The notes under the pieces were generated by a model. The model did not search any database. It was not told the origin of the DNA and saw only the letters and a list, made by a program, of their open reading frames with translations. 64,000 bases of DNA from Octopus sinensis. Taxonomy: Eukaryota. The translations under genes were made by a program, and so were the position numbers. The stretch spans positions 36,828,001-36,892,000 of the forward strand of contig NC_042999.1 of the NCBI RefSeq assembly GCF_006345805.1, read 5' to 3'. Below are positions 41,219 through 53,907 of the stretch, one piece after another (within the stretch, counting starts at the first letter, position 1; the number at the start of each line of letters is the position of its first letter).

Positions 41219-41615
41219 CTAGCAGTATCGCCCGGCGTTGCTCGGGTTTGTAAGGGAAATAACTATATAAGCATTTTTAGAGAGTTATAGCCAAAAAATA
41301 GCAAAAAAATGCATTAAAAATGGAATAAAAAATGATGGTAATTTTTTTTTAATCGTTGACTCATCGTAGACATTTTTAGAGAGTTACTTCCTTTATATAA
41401 TAGCGAAAATATGCATTAAAATGGAAAAAAATGATGGTAAATTTTTTTTTAAATCGTAGACTCATCGTAGACACGCGCTAATACCCAGAAGGGCTTGATA
41501 TGAATCACGACTATAAGATACCCGGTTTTGGTTAAACTGCACTGCAAAATGTGGGAGTAGTTAGGAATCTAAATCGTAGGAGACAGACACACAACTTCAC
41601 TTTTATATATAAAGA
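41219..41615 (-). mobile_element. Non-autonomous Helitron, copy 2
   Basis: Same termini as copy 1 (TC start, hairpin plus CTAG end, A|T target). Confidence 0.88.
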
Positions 41616-42234
41616 TTAATTGAAATAAACACAGAGTATCTCAACAGAAATATGGTAACAAAAGGGTTAAACAAAGAAACAAAAAAAAAAAAGAGCTGGT
41701 AGAGATTTATATAAGGAGAATGTTGAAGGAGACCTGATTACTATATCACTATAGAAAAAATGCCTTCTTATTAACTTATTCATGTATGACCTTTGCTCTA
41801 AAATTTGGCAACACAGTCAGCTTATCTCAATCACGGCACTTAACATTTTACTTGAAAATGATGTAACACTCACATGCAGTGATAGTCCATGTCTTTTAGT
41901 GCTTTGAGATATTTATCCTACAATTAACAACATTGTAATTGTTTGTTTTTATTGCTTTAAGAGATGTTTTGTTATGCTGTTTCAATATCCCACAACTTAC
42001 TTATTTAGTGAGTGGGGTAGATTTCATTTGTAAGTATAGCATTGATCATCATCATCATCAATTAATGTCCATTTTCCATGTTGGAATGGATTGGCTGGTT
42101 TGACCAGAGTTGGTAAGCCAGAGCGCTGCACCAGGTTCCAGTGTGATTTGGTTTGGTTTCTATGGTTGGATGCCCTTCTTAATGCTTGAGAAATGGTATT
42201 TTATAGTGGTGTTAGCAGGCATATGAGAAAATAA

Positions 42235-42634
42235 TCTTTATATATAAAAGTAAAGTTGTGTGTCTGTCTCCTACGATTTTTAGATTCCTAACTACTCCCA
42301 CATTTTGCGGTGCAGTTTAACCAAAACCGGGTATCTTATAGTCGTGATTCATATCGAGCCCTTCTGGGTATTTGCGTGCGTCTACGATGAGTCTACGATT
42401 TAAAAAAAAATTTACCATCATTTTTTTCCATTTTAATGCATTTTTTCGCTATTATATAAGGGAAGTAACTCTCTAAAAATGTCTACGGTGAGTCAACAAT
42501 TTAAAAAAAAATTTACCATCATTTTTTTTCCATTTTTAATGCATTTTTTTGCTATTTTTTGGCTATAACTCTCTAAAAATGCTTATATAGTTATTTCCCT
42601 TACAAACCCGAGCAACGCCAGGCAATACTGCTAG
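42235..42634 (+). mobile_element. Non-autonomous Helitron, copy 3 (inverted relative to copy 2)
   Basis: A|TCTTTATATATAAAAG...CCCGAGCAACGCCAGGCAATACTGCTAG|T. Confidence 0.88.
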
Positions 42635-42644
42635 TAATAATAAT

Positions 42645-42843
42645 AAAACAGTATCAGAAGGCATCTAGAAGAATATAAAGGAAATTGGAATAGAGTGCCC
42701 AGTAGAACTGTTACAAAAAGTTTGCTTCCTTGATATGGCCAAAATATTCAGTAAAGTATTAGATAGTTGAAAAGAACAGATAGCATGGTACCATAGGCTG
42801 CAGGCAAGAATCCACGAGTTCCAACAAAGCCTGAGTTAAAAAT
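42645..42843 (+). mobile_element. 3' fragment of a second R4/Dong-like family
   Basis: Translates IKEIGIECPVELLQKVCFLDMAKIFSKVLDS*, homologous to the C-terminus of the 43110 element. Flanked by AAT repeats. Confidence 0.65.
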
Positions 42844-43058
42844 AATAATAATTATAATTTCAAATTTTGCCACAAGGGCAGCAGTTTGTGGGGAGGGGGA
42901 TGAGTTGATTACATTGACCCCAGTGTTCAACTGGTACTTATTTTATCAACCTCGAAAGGATGAAAGGTAAAGTTGACCTGTGCAGGACTTAAACTCAGAA
43001 CATAACAACAAGTGAAATACTACTAAACATTTCATTCGGTGCACTAACGATTCCACCT

Positions 43059-43107
<49 letters not shown>

Positions 43108-43109
43108 TA

Positions 43110-43715
43110 AGGCTAAGAAGGAATATATTCACAGACATGACAGAGTTGGAACCTACATACATTGGAAGCTATGCCAACATTATGGAATAACAACAGAAAA
43201 AAGATGGTATAGGCACACACCAGAAAAGGTCACAGAAAACGAGAAAGCAACCATACTCTGGGATATGCCGATACACACAGATAGAGAAATTAAGGCCAAC
43301 AGACCAGATATAGTTGTCAGAGATCATGAAGAAAAAAAATGCTTTCTAATTGATGTATCAATACCGGCAGATGACAACGTGTCTCTAAAAGAAATGGAGA
43401 AACTCTCAAAATACAAAGACCTGGAAATAGAGGTAACTAGAATGTGGAATCTGAAAAGAGAAACAATTCCTATCATAGTAGGTGCATTAGGCATGATAAA
43501 AAAATATTCAGACAAATACATAACAAAAACACCAGGACTTACAAACACATATAACATACAGAAAATTGCACTACTAGGCACTGCACACATCCTACGCAGA
43601 ACACTTTCCATACAATAACCATCAGAGCATCACAACAAATCACAGCACATACCCAAGGCACACAGAGCTGCGCTCAGTAGTGAAGTGAAAGCACGCTATA
43701 AAAATAAAACTACTG
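43110..43715 (+). mobile_element. 5'-truncated R4/Dong-clade non-LTR retrotransposon (restriction-like endonuclease domain and 3' UTR)
   Basis: Uninterrupted frame YIHRHDRVGTYIHW...ILWD...ANRPDIVV...LIDVSIP...EKLSKYKDL...PIIVGALG...QKIALLGTAHILRRTLS, with PD-(D/E)xK-type motifs. Flanked by (AAT)n on both sides. Confidence 0.88.
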
Positions 43716-43840
43716 AATAATAACAATAATAATAATGATAATAATAACTTCCAACTTGTTGTCTCTTGAGGTCTCTGGGTGAGACTTGGAGCCAACTTGT
43801 ACAAATGTAAAGCAAAAGTCAAACATAAAATAATAATAGT

Positions 43841-44317
43841 ATAAAAATGGGCTACAGCAAATATTCTGCTCAATACCACAGATTTGCTTGTCAGTTGTTT
43901 GACCTTAACCAGTCAACCATGTCCCTTAGTGGTTGACGATATGTGCGTCTCTGATCATGAGCAGAAGTAGTGGGGGCAGCATCATAGCCATGTGTTGAAA
44001 GGAATTCTTGGAGGTTTGGATAATTCACCTTTGGAAACATGGGTGTTTCGTTCAACATCCTTAAACAATCCTTATTCAGGGACCTTTTGAGTGGGATAGG
44101 CTACTCGGCCAGAAGAAAATTCTAACTGGGCCCCAACTGCAAGGTCATGCGCTGTTTATCTTGATATGAGATCACCATGTTGCACACATATGGTTGTGAT
44201 GCATGTGCCTGGTGTACCCTTATCAGACGGGTAGTCATGATGGGTATACTGGGCTTCATATATTTTACCCCAGTATCACTTTGATGGCATGCACTGCTCT
44301 CTCACTCAATAATAATG

Positions 44318-44350
<33 letters not shown>
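43841..44350 (+). mobile_element. Non-coding interspersed repeat ending in (AAT)n; second copy at about 60500-60925
   Basis: Two highly similar copies (atatgtgcatctctgatca...ttttaccccagtgtcactttgatggcatgcactg.tctctcactc), each followed by an AAT array. Confidence 0.75.
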
Positions 44351-44352
<2 letters not shown>

Positions 44353-46014
44353 GATAGCTATAGTGTTGATGTCTAGTAAAATAGCAGTATGACATTGTTG
44401 TTATATTTCAGTATTTCTGGGATACAGGAGATTACTAAACATCTCAAGTAGATTTTTAGCTGCATCGCTCTTTTTATTTAACAATAGATTGAAGCTTATC
44501 AAATATTTTCATTAATCAAAAAATATCTCAGTGAAACATGAAAAGAAGACATACTTTATGTATTTAATTAGCAATGTAGTATAATTATTAAAATCTAATT
44601 CAAAGAAACATCGACTTCATTTGAAGTGAAGATTGATGATAGAAGCTAAACGAAATAACAATTCTTGCAAAGTATCAATGTTGTTTATTGATTGCTCAAA
44701 CAGCTGCAATTTATCAACATTTTATCCCACATTTCATTGTAACCTCCCAACCAAACAAATATCATTCCATGAATCAACAAGGGAAATCTCAACATGGTCA
44801 CTTTTCTTGCTAGAAATAGCAACAAAATCTCCCTCAAACCACACCCTGACTCAGTGGTTCTCAAGCCCTTTTTACCTGTGCATCCCTTAGATTACTATTT
44901 AACTCTGGTGGAACCCCATAACTATTCAATGTTTAAAAACTAGTTTTATAGACATTTCTTTTAAGATTCCTATTTTGTTTTGTCACACATTCATTTGTAT
45001 ATATTTCTTTACTACCCACAAAGGGCTAAACACAGAAGGGACAAACAAGGACAGACAAAGGGATTAAGTCGATTACATCGAACCCAGTGCGTAACTGGTA
45101 CTTAATTTATCGACCCCGAAAGGATGAAAAGCAAAGTCGACCTCGGCGGAATTTGAACTTCGAACGTAACGACAAACAAACTATGGCAACGCATTTCGCC
45201 CGGCGTGCTAACGTTTCTGCCAGCTCGCCACCTTGTATACATTCATTTGTATAGGTTTGCAATAACACTCACTGAGAGAACAAGTTCCAGTGGCTAGAAA
45301 CATGTTGAACTATGTTGAGCATTAGAGAAAGACACCTAGTTTTTTTTTGCAATAAGTATGTCTAAAGTGAAACTTTTTCATGAACCCTAAAAATACCAAC
45401 ATGGATCCTCAATCAACTATTTTGCTTTTGTTGACCCCCACCAAAATCTAACTTATGACCCCCATATAACCCCTAGGAGTCATATGGACCTCTTTTGAGA
45501 ACTAGTACTGTAACATCTTAAAAAAGGACCAGCACATTGGATTATGTAATCGGGGACTGACAATTCCTTAAAAAATAATGGTAGAACACCTATCGGTTCA
45601 ATGTCCTTGATCATAGGTCTGCACTACCTGGTCCAACCTTGGGTTAAATAACAACACATTAGATATTTTTAACTTCTTGATTTAGAACAGGGGTCAGGAA
45701 TAGATGGGCCACAGCACACAAAAAGACAATTGAGGTGGTTCTTGGGCCTTTTCTTGAAAGTTTTTGAAATTTAATGTATTTGTGGGTCATTGACCAATTG
45801 CTGGCTTTTAGATAGTCTTTTGTGTCATGATTTGTTTCAATTTCTGCTTACATAAGCTTTGTCAGTGATAGAAATGGAGGGGGAGGTATGTGTGGATATT
45901 TTTAAATCTGTCCCCCACTGTGAAGTATTATGGGCAAGTAACTTCTAATATAGCCCCAGACAAACCAGAGCCTTGTGAGTGGATCTAATAGAGAGAAACT
46001 GAAAGAAGTCCATC

Positions 46015-46108
<94 letters not shown>

Positions 46109-46110
<2 letters not shown>

Positions 46111-46510
46111 TGCAAGAGTGGCTGTGTGGTAAGTAGCTTGCTGACCAACCACATGGTTCCGGGTTCAGTCCCACTGCGTGGCACCTTGGGCAAGTGTCTT
46201 CTACTATAGCCTCGGGCCGACCAAAGCCTTGTGAGTGGATTTGGTAGACGGAAACTGAAAGAAGCCCGTCATATATATGTATGTATATATATATATATAT
46301 GTGCGTGTGTCTGTGTTTGTCCCCCTAGCATTGCTAGACAACCGATGCTGGTGTGTTTATGTCCCCGTCACTTAGCAGTTCAGCAAAAGAGACCGATAGA
46401 ATAAGTACTGGGCTTACAAAGTATAAGTCCCGGGTCGAGTTGCTCGACTAAAGGCGGTGCTCCAGCATGGCCGCAGTCAAATGACTGAAACAAGTAAAAG
46501 AGTAAAAGAG
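46109..46510 (+). mobile_element. SINE family A (tRNA-like head, CORE-like CCTTGGGCAAGTG, internal microsatellite, GAGTAAAA tail); 15 or more full or partial copies in the window
   Basis: Copies include 3090-3450, 3649-4062, 4100-4680, 4693-5116, 23870-24480, 25778-26135, 36330-36740 and 51645-52005 (+), and 12298-12695, 15232-15640, 15928-16268 and 17640-18030 (-). Confidence 0.9.
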
Positions 46511-46623
46511 AAAGAAAGTATAAAACAAAAAGTTAAATTCTGGTAATAGAGTTACCAATGGTTTCACATCTACACAAGCCACAGCCTTGTGGGATAGCTC
46601 ATCAGTTTTTATATGTATATATG

Positions 46624-46639
<16 letters not shown>

Positions 46640-46655
<16 letters not shown>

Positions 46656-47006
46656 CACATGAGCAAAAGCCCCCCACCCCCCACCCGCCCCCGTCCAATG
46701 GATGGTGCTTTTCTCAAAACAACTCCCCTTTGAGAAACACTGATTTAATACCTAAATTTGAGACACCAGCAAAAGAAGAAATAAAGATAGAGTTTTTTTC
46801 TATTCCAAAGAAAAACGATTTCCCATGGCTTTATCGATCGCATTCTCACCTGGAATCAATTTTTGTAATTTTTTCAAGACTGATACATGCCCTGATACCG
46901 TCGATATCTACATATCAAATTTGAGCGCAATCGGATGGAGGATGCCTGAGATCCTAAAAGCCACACACACAGACAGACAGACAGACAGAACAGATTTTAT
47001 ATAAGA
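46640..47006 (-). mobile_element. Possible Helitron-like (HINE/Lep1-type) 5' end of a different family
   Basis: The minus strand starts ATCTTATATAAAATCTGT(CTGT)n...CCGATTGCGCTCAAATTTG. No 3' CTAG end found. Confidence 0.5.
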
Positions 47007-47023
47007 TATACATATATATAAAA

Positions 47024-47232
47024 TGTGACCGCGTGTGTACTGTTGGCGATTTTCTTTCCTCCGTCTTCCCTTCTCTGGATCTTTCCTTTTCTTATGTTTC
47101 TGACGAAGAGCTCCGCTCGAAGCGTAAAACCCTCCTTCTTCCCTTCCTTCCTGAGCGTCCAATAATACTATATTTGTTCCATGTCCTTGCATTGTTGTGT
47201 TTTCTCTTTGTGTTTTCATATTTGGATTAACT
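47024..47232 (+). mobile_element. Penelope-type terminal-repeat fragment with minimal hammerhead motif; second copy at about 1670-1880
   Basis: GTTT-CTGACGA-A-GAGC-TCC-GCTC-GAAG-C-GTA-AAAC at 47096-47130 and GTTT-CCAACGA-A-GAGC-TCC-GCTC-GAAA-T-GTT-AAAC at 1741-1775. Confidence 0.7.
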
Positions 47233-49159
47233 ATATATATATATATATATTATTTATTTATAGTTATTTATTTATTTATATAAGCCTTGTGAGTAGATTT
47301 CATAGAAAGCCCATCATATTTGTGTGTTTGTGTGAGTGAGCTTGTATTGTCCTTGTCTACATGTATGTTCATTCTCTGCTTGTAAACAATCACTTTGCCA
47401 ATAACGTTCTTTCCTTGAACTCCACTATAAAAACACATCTGGGCTTCTTGACATGTCTTGGCATGTCGTGCAACCTTTGTGAGCAAAAGATTCGATCAAA
47501 CAAAATTATTTATTTCTGGTTGTTTACTTAAACATGTCCAAACTGTTTGTTGTTTGGTAAATTGGGTGAGTATTATCTCACTTGGGTACAAGAGGGACGT
47601 TGGCAAAAGGAAGGGCATCCAGCCATAACTGTAGCCTATGCGAAAGAGGAGAGGGAAAGCAAATGTTAAAACAATAATAATAATCCTTTCTACTAAAGGC
47701 ACAAGGCCTGAAATTTTGGGGGAGGGAGTTAGTCAATTACATCGACCCCAGTGTTTCACTGGTACTTATTTTATCGACCCCAAAAGTATCAGAGGTAAAG
47801 TCAATCTCAGTGGAAATTTGAACTCTGAACATAAAGACGGACGATATGCTGCTAAGAATTTTTTGCTCAGCATGCAAATGATTCTACCAGAGTCTGCCGC
47901 CTCAACAATAATAATGATGCAGTGGATGATGATGATGATGATCATGATGATGACAACAACGACAATAATGTGGCAGCAGCAGCATTTGCAGGCCATGGAC
48001 AAATCATATGTGGATCATTACCAAAAGAAGTTCCTCATCCCTGTCTTAAAGTTCTAACAGGTGTTAACATAATCCAGTTTAGTTTTGTGGCATCAACAGT
48101 CATTTAATTCATTTCCTGTTAAACTGTTTGTTTAACACTAAGACAACTGAGAACTATTTTCATGTACCAGCACTAATAAGAAGGAGTTTCAACATAGTTG
48201 TTCAATCTGCTAGATATAGCAACCAAATATCCCTCGAACACAACCTACCATCTTAATTAAGAAAAGAACATATTACTTAATGTAGTTCTGGATGTCTTTG
48301 TAAACAGATTGGATGGTCACAATTGGAATGCTTTTGATTACAAGTCTGCTTGATCATGTTGAACCTGGAGCTAAAAAATTACTATCTTATTGATGAGCCG
48401 ATAAATCAATAAAGGTAGAAAATCTATGATCAGCTTTGTTCTTGTTTTGTTTTTATTTTGTTTTTGTTTTTGTTTTTTGTTTTTTCAATAATTGTCCAAT
48501 GCTTCCTTATTCAAGATGGCAATATGTGATTTTAAGGGAGAGCTGACTACTATTTCTAGTAGATCAAGTGTCCATGCATCTATGTAATGGCTTCCTCTCT
48601 TTCAGTGTCTCTTATTTATGGCTGACTGTTATTTTTAGTTTTGTACTTGAAACTTCTTTCATAATTATGATTCTGTCGTCATAATTATGTAATCTATGGT
48701 TTTTTTATACAACTTTCTATCTTTCACATAATAGTTATTCAATAACTACTCATTACCCACCAAAAATACTGTCCTAATTAATATATGTCGTCACTTCTAC
48801 TACTAAAAGCTTTGTCCTTTGATCACTGCCATAAACAACAATAAAATTATCCTCATATTAAAGTTTCATGTTCCATTTTCTCTCATTCTTATTGTTTTGT
48901 ATTTACAAAGGTCAATGTCAACCAACTGATTATAGTGCCTACTTCACCCTCTTTAAGATATAGGGTGTTCAGAGCTTAATGTTTTTATTATCATTCTTTT
49001 TGCATGTACAAGAAAAAGTGAGTTCGTTTTTTAGAGTTTAATTTTGCTCTTCTAAAAAGAAATGTGGTTTCCACACAGTAGAATGTATGCAGTACATGGA
49101 ATTCCAATTAACACTTTTGTTGCCACATTTCTGTTGAAATATGGAACTTTTATTTTAAT

Positions 49160-49420
49160 CATCATCATCATCATCATCGTTTAACGTCCGTTCTCCATGG
49201 TAGCATGGGTTGGACAGTTCGACCGGGGATCTGGGAAGCCAGAAGGCTGCACCAGGCTCCGGTCTTATCTGGCAATGTTTCTACAGCTGGATGCCCTTCC
49301 TAATGCCAACCACTCCGTGAGTGTAGTGGGTGCTTTTTACGTGCCACCTGCACTGGAGCCAGACGAGGCTGGCATCGGCCACAGTCGGATTGGTGCATTT
49401 TACGTGCCACCTGCACGGAA
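49160..49420 (-). mobile_element. (GAT)n-tailed retroposon 3' end; other copies at about 8790-8945, 10130-10310, 18650-18870, 22025-22330, 42047-42180, 49990-50270, 60140-60330
   Basis: Recurrent GGCATTAGGAAGGGCATCCAGCTGTAGAAAC...CCAACCCATGCYAGCATGGA...CGTTAAA(CGAT/TGAT)n. Confidence 0.8.
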
Positions 49421-50484
49421 GCCTATATTTTGAAAATTATGAAGTATTTAATAAAATGACTTTGTTGGTATTTAGCTGGTGTTTGAAGCATAGAGGGTAC
49501 TAATTTATACATTTTGAACCCTTTTGGCATTTAAACTGGCTGTATCCAGCCATATCCAACCAAAATATTCTATGCCTAATTCAGCTTCTTTCACTTTCCC
49601 TACAATGTAATTCTAAAAACAAATAATCACATCATTGGAATCTCAAAGCTATGAGATAATGCATGGTTAATTCAAAGCAATGGGAATAAATAAGCATTGC
49701 ATTTGACAGAGTAATCTGAATGTAAAAGGATTAAAACAAGAAGTTTGTATCAGAGAATCAGGAATGATTCCAGGCAGGTTAGTATCAAAAGGGCTAAATA
49801 AGCATTTGAGAATTTAGTAATGTTATTAGGAATTATAATCTGTCTGAACTTAACGTGCTGCCTTCCTAAAAGCTTATTGGTCTATATCTTTTTATTGGTG
49901 CTATAATGTGACCACTACAAAAACATTTAACTGTTAGTAACTCAGTCATCTATATTGATGTAAAATGAATACTATGACAGGGTATTCATCATCATCATCA
50001 TCTTCCTTTAACGTCCATTTTCCATGCTGGCATGGGTTGGATGGTTTGATAGAGCTGGGAGGCAGGAGAGTTGCACCAAGTTTTAGTTTGCTTTGCTTTG
50101 GTCTCTACAGCCAGATGCCCTTCCTAACACCAACTATATTGCAGTGTGTGCTGGGTGCTTTTAACATGACACTGCACAAGTGCCTTTACATGGAACCAGC
50201 ATACAACTCCTGCAGGCCAATCCTCTTCACCCGGAAGAGTGACCTTAGTACTTCTGCAGTGGAGGACAGGTTTTGTTTTCTATAAGTAACAGAAATATTG
50301 TAGTACATAATAGATTAGGGTGTTTTTAGCATGTATTACTGAACTTGAAATTTTCCATTAAAAATAATTTTTAAATGTGAGTGGTAGACTTGTAGCCTCT
50401 CCAGGTGTAAAAGGGTCTCTCTACTATTAATACTTTGAAAATGAAGATAAATTAAAGCATTCTAGTTCAGTATACTCTACTATC

Positions 50485-50738
50485 GTGGAGGCGCGTGGCT
50501 TAGTGGTTAGGGTGTCAGCATCATGATTGTAAGATTGTGGTTTCGATTCCTGGACCAGGTGACGCGTTGTGTTCTTGAGCAAAACACTTCATTTCACGTT
50601 GCTCCAGTCCACTCAGCTGGCAAAAATGAGTAACGCTGCGATGGACTGATGTCCCATCCAGCTGGGGAACACATACACCATAGAAACCGGGAAACCAGGC
50701 CCATGAGCCTGGCTAGGCTTTAAAAGAGCACTTTTATT
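50485..50738 (+). mobile_element. SINE with family-B head and a different tail, 14-bp TSD
   Basis: TATACTCTACTATC at 50471-50484 and 50739-50752. The tail has GCGATGGACTG..GTCCCATCCAG. Confidence 0.88.
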
Positions 50739-52422
50739 TATACTCTACTATCCTGAATTCAAATTTTGCTGGGGTTGATTTTGACTTTCATCAATTGGAA
50801 GTCAGTAAGATGGTGGTCTGGTAGAATTGTTAAGGTATTGGACAAAATGCCTCACCATTTTTGTTCCAATTCTTTATGTTCTAAGTTCAAATCCCATCAA
50901 GGTCAATTTTGCCTTTTATTTTTGCGGGGTCAATACAATAAAATGCCACTCCAGAGTACTGGATTGGAAAAACCGTTAAAGTATTGTACAACTTTTTATA
51001 AAAATCTGACAAGGATCAGTTTTGCTTTTCATCTTTTCAAAGTCAAAATAAATAAACTAATAAACCTGACCAGGGTAATGGATTGGAATAATAGTTTGAA
51101 CATCAGACTTGCAGTATTTGTTGTTTCTCTAAATGATCTGAGTTCTTGGGCAATAGACTTAATCCATTATCTGGTTTACTATAACCACTTGGCCGAAATC
51201 AATGAATTCTTTTAGCAGAATTTATTCTGTTGTTTGTTGTAAGCATTCAGACCTAGTCTCCTGTTTGAGGATAACTTCCTACCAGTCTCAAAAAAAAAAA
51301 TGTACCATATTTTTCTGCCATACAAGTTGAATTTTTAAAACCAAAATTTACAGCCAAAAGAAGCTGGTTGACTTAGTTATATACATCAAAACTACTTTGG
51401 AAGACCAAAAATTCCATGCAGAATGCAGTAAGGATTGGAAAGATAGTGGCAGTGTTTGAATTTTTGCACTTTATGTTTACATTATGTTGACTTGTATATC
51501 AGGAAATGTGGTAAATATCCTTGGATTTAATGCTTCCTTCCTTGACCAAACAGTAAAAAAAGAAAAGGACATCAATAATATATAAAAATTACACTTTTGT
51601 GCCCATTCATAGGTAATTGATAACTTTAATGAACATATAGGCACAGGCATGGCTGTGTGGTTAGAAGTTTGCTTTCCAGCCACATGGTTCTGGGTTCAAT
51701 ACCACTGCATGGCACCTTGGGCAAGTGTCTTCTACTATAGTGTCTGGTTGACCAAAGCCTTATGAGTGGATTTCGGTAGACAGAAACTGAAAGAAGCCTA
51801 TCATGTGTTTGTGTGCGTGTCTGTGTTTGTCCCCTACCACTGCTTGACCACCAGTTTTGGTGTGTTTACATCTCGGCAAAGGGGACCAATAGAATAAGTG
51901 CAAGCTTAAAAAGAGAATAAGTATTGGGGTCAATTAGTTTGACTAAAATCCCTCAAGGCAGGGTCCCAGCATGGCTACAGTCTAATGACTGAAACAAGTA
52001 AAAGATATACTACATTTAATTAGCAGCTGTTTTTCATGGCGTGTAATCTTACTTCCAAACCACATAGCTTCATAGGTATTTTTCTTACATGACTACATAG
52101 ATTTAGCACTTTGGATCAGGCTTAAAATTCTGTGTTGATTTACTCATAGCACTGTAGCTTGCCTAATCAATTGTTAATCTTTTATGTATAGATTTAGTGT
52201 ACTAGTGACATCGACATTGATGGGAAGGTTTCTGCAACTCACTCTAAGATATCGGGCAGTATCCAAAAGAAGGCCATCAGGATTGATTAGTAAAGATTCA
52301 GTGAGCAATACACTTCAGCCAGTCACAAATGCACTCTTACTTATCTCTGTCTCTCTCTTATTGCTTCTACTTTATCATTAAACTAGCTATCTGAATACCT
52401 TCCCCAACTTTGCTCACTTGTC

Positions 52423-52508
52423 ATATATATATATAATACTTATGTATATATATTATTATATTAATATATACTATATATATATATATATATATAATTTATA
52501 TATATATA

Positions 52509-52564
<56 letters not shown>

Positions 52565-52720
52565 TGATATATATATATAATATATATAATATATTATATA
52601 TATTTATATATATATATATATATTTATATATATTATATATTATTATTATTATATACATATATATATAGTATATATATATTTATATATATATTACATATAT
52701 TATATAATCTAATATATATA

Positions 52721-52768
<48 letters not shown>

Positions 52769-52916
52769 AATATATATATATATATATTTATATATATCAT
52801 ATATATATATATATTTATATATATACATATATATTATAATATATATATTTATATTATACATATATGTATATATATATATATATATTATAATATATATATA
52901 TATATATATATAGATA

Positions 52917-52963
<47 letters not shown>

Positions 52964-53162
52964 TATATATTATATTATATATATATTATATATATATCTA
53001 TATATATATATATATATATATATGATATATATATATATATTTATTATATATATATATATTTATTATATACATATATATATATATATTATTTATATATATA
53101 CATTATATATATATATATATATATATATTTATTATATATTATATATATATATTATATATATA

Positions 53163-53205
<43 letters not shown>

Positions 53206-53259
53206 CATATATATAATATATATTTATTATATATACAGATATATATATAATATAATATT

Positions 53260-53299
<40 letters not shown>

Positions 53300-53406
53300 A
53301 CATATATATATATATATATTATATAATATTTATATATATAATATATAGATATATATATATATTTATATATATATATATATTATATAATACTTAATATATA
53401 TATATT

Positions 53407-53483
<77 letters not shown>

Positions 53484-53515
53484 CATATATAATATATATA
53501 TATATATTATATATA

Positions 53516-53546
<31 letters not shown>

Positions 53547-53652
53547 TATACATTATAATATATATATATATATATTTATATATACATATATATTATATAT
53601 AGAATATATATATATATTTATATATACATTATATATATATATATATATTATA

Positions 53653-53705
<53 letters not shown>

Positions 53706-53723
53706 GATATTTATATATATTAC

Positions 53724-53758
<35 letters not shown>

Positions 53759-53763
53759 TTATT

Positions 53764-53836
<73 letters not shown>

Positions 53837-53905
53837 TACATATATATTATATATTATATATATATATTTATATATATACATATATATATATACATATATA
53901 TAATA
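52423..53905. repeat. About 1.5 kb degenerate (TA)n array
   Basis: Near-continuous TA with scattered T/A slips and occasional C/G. It abuts the 5' end of the LINE. Confidence 0.97.
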
Positions 53906-53907
53906 TT

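Noticed and set aside
43058-43109. Poly-Asn N-terminus of the 186-aa ORF
   Set aside because: It is the (AAT)n target microsatellite in frame with a truncated retrotransposon, not a protein start.
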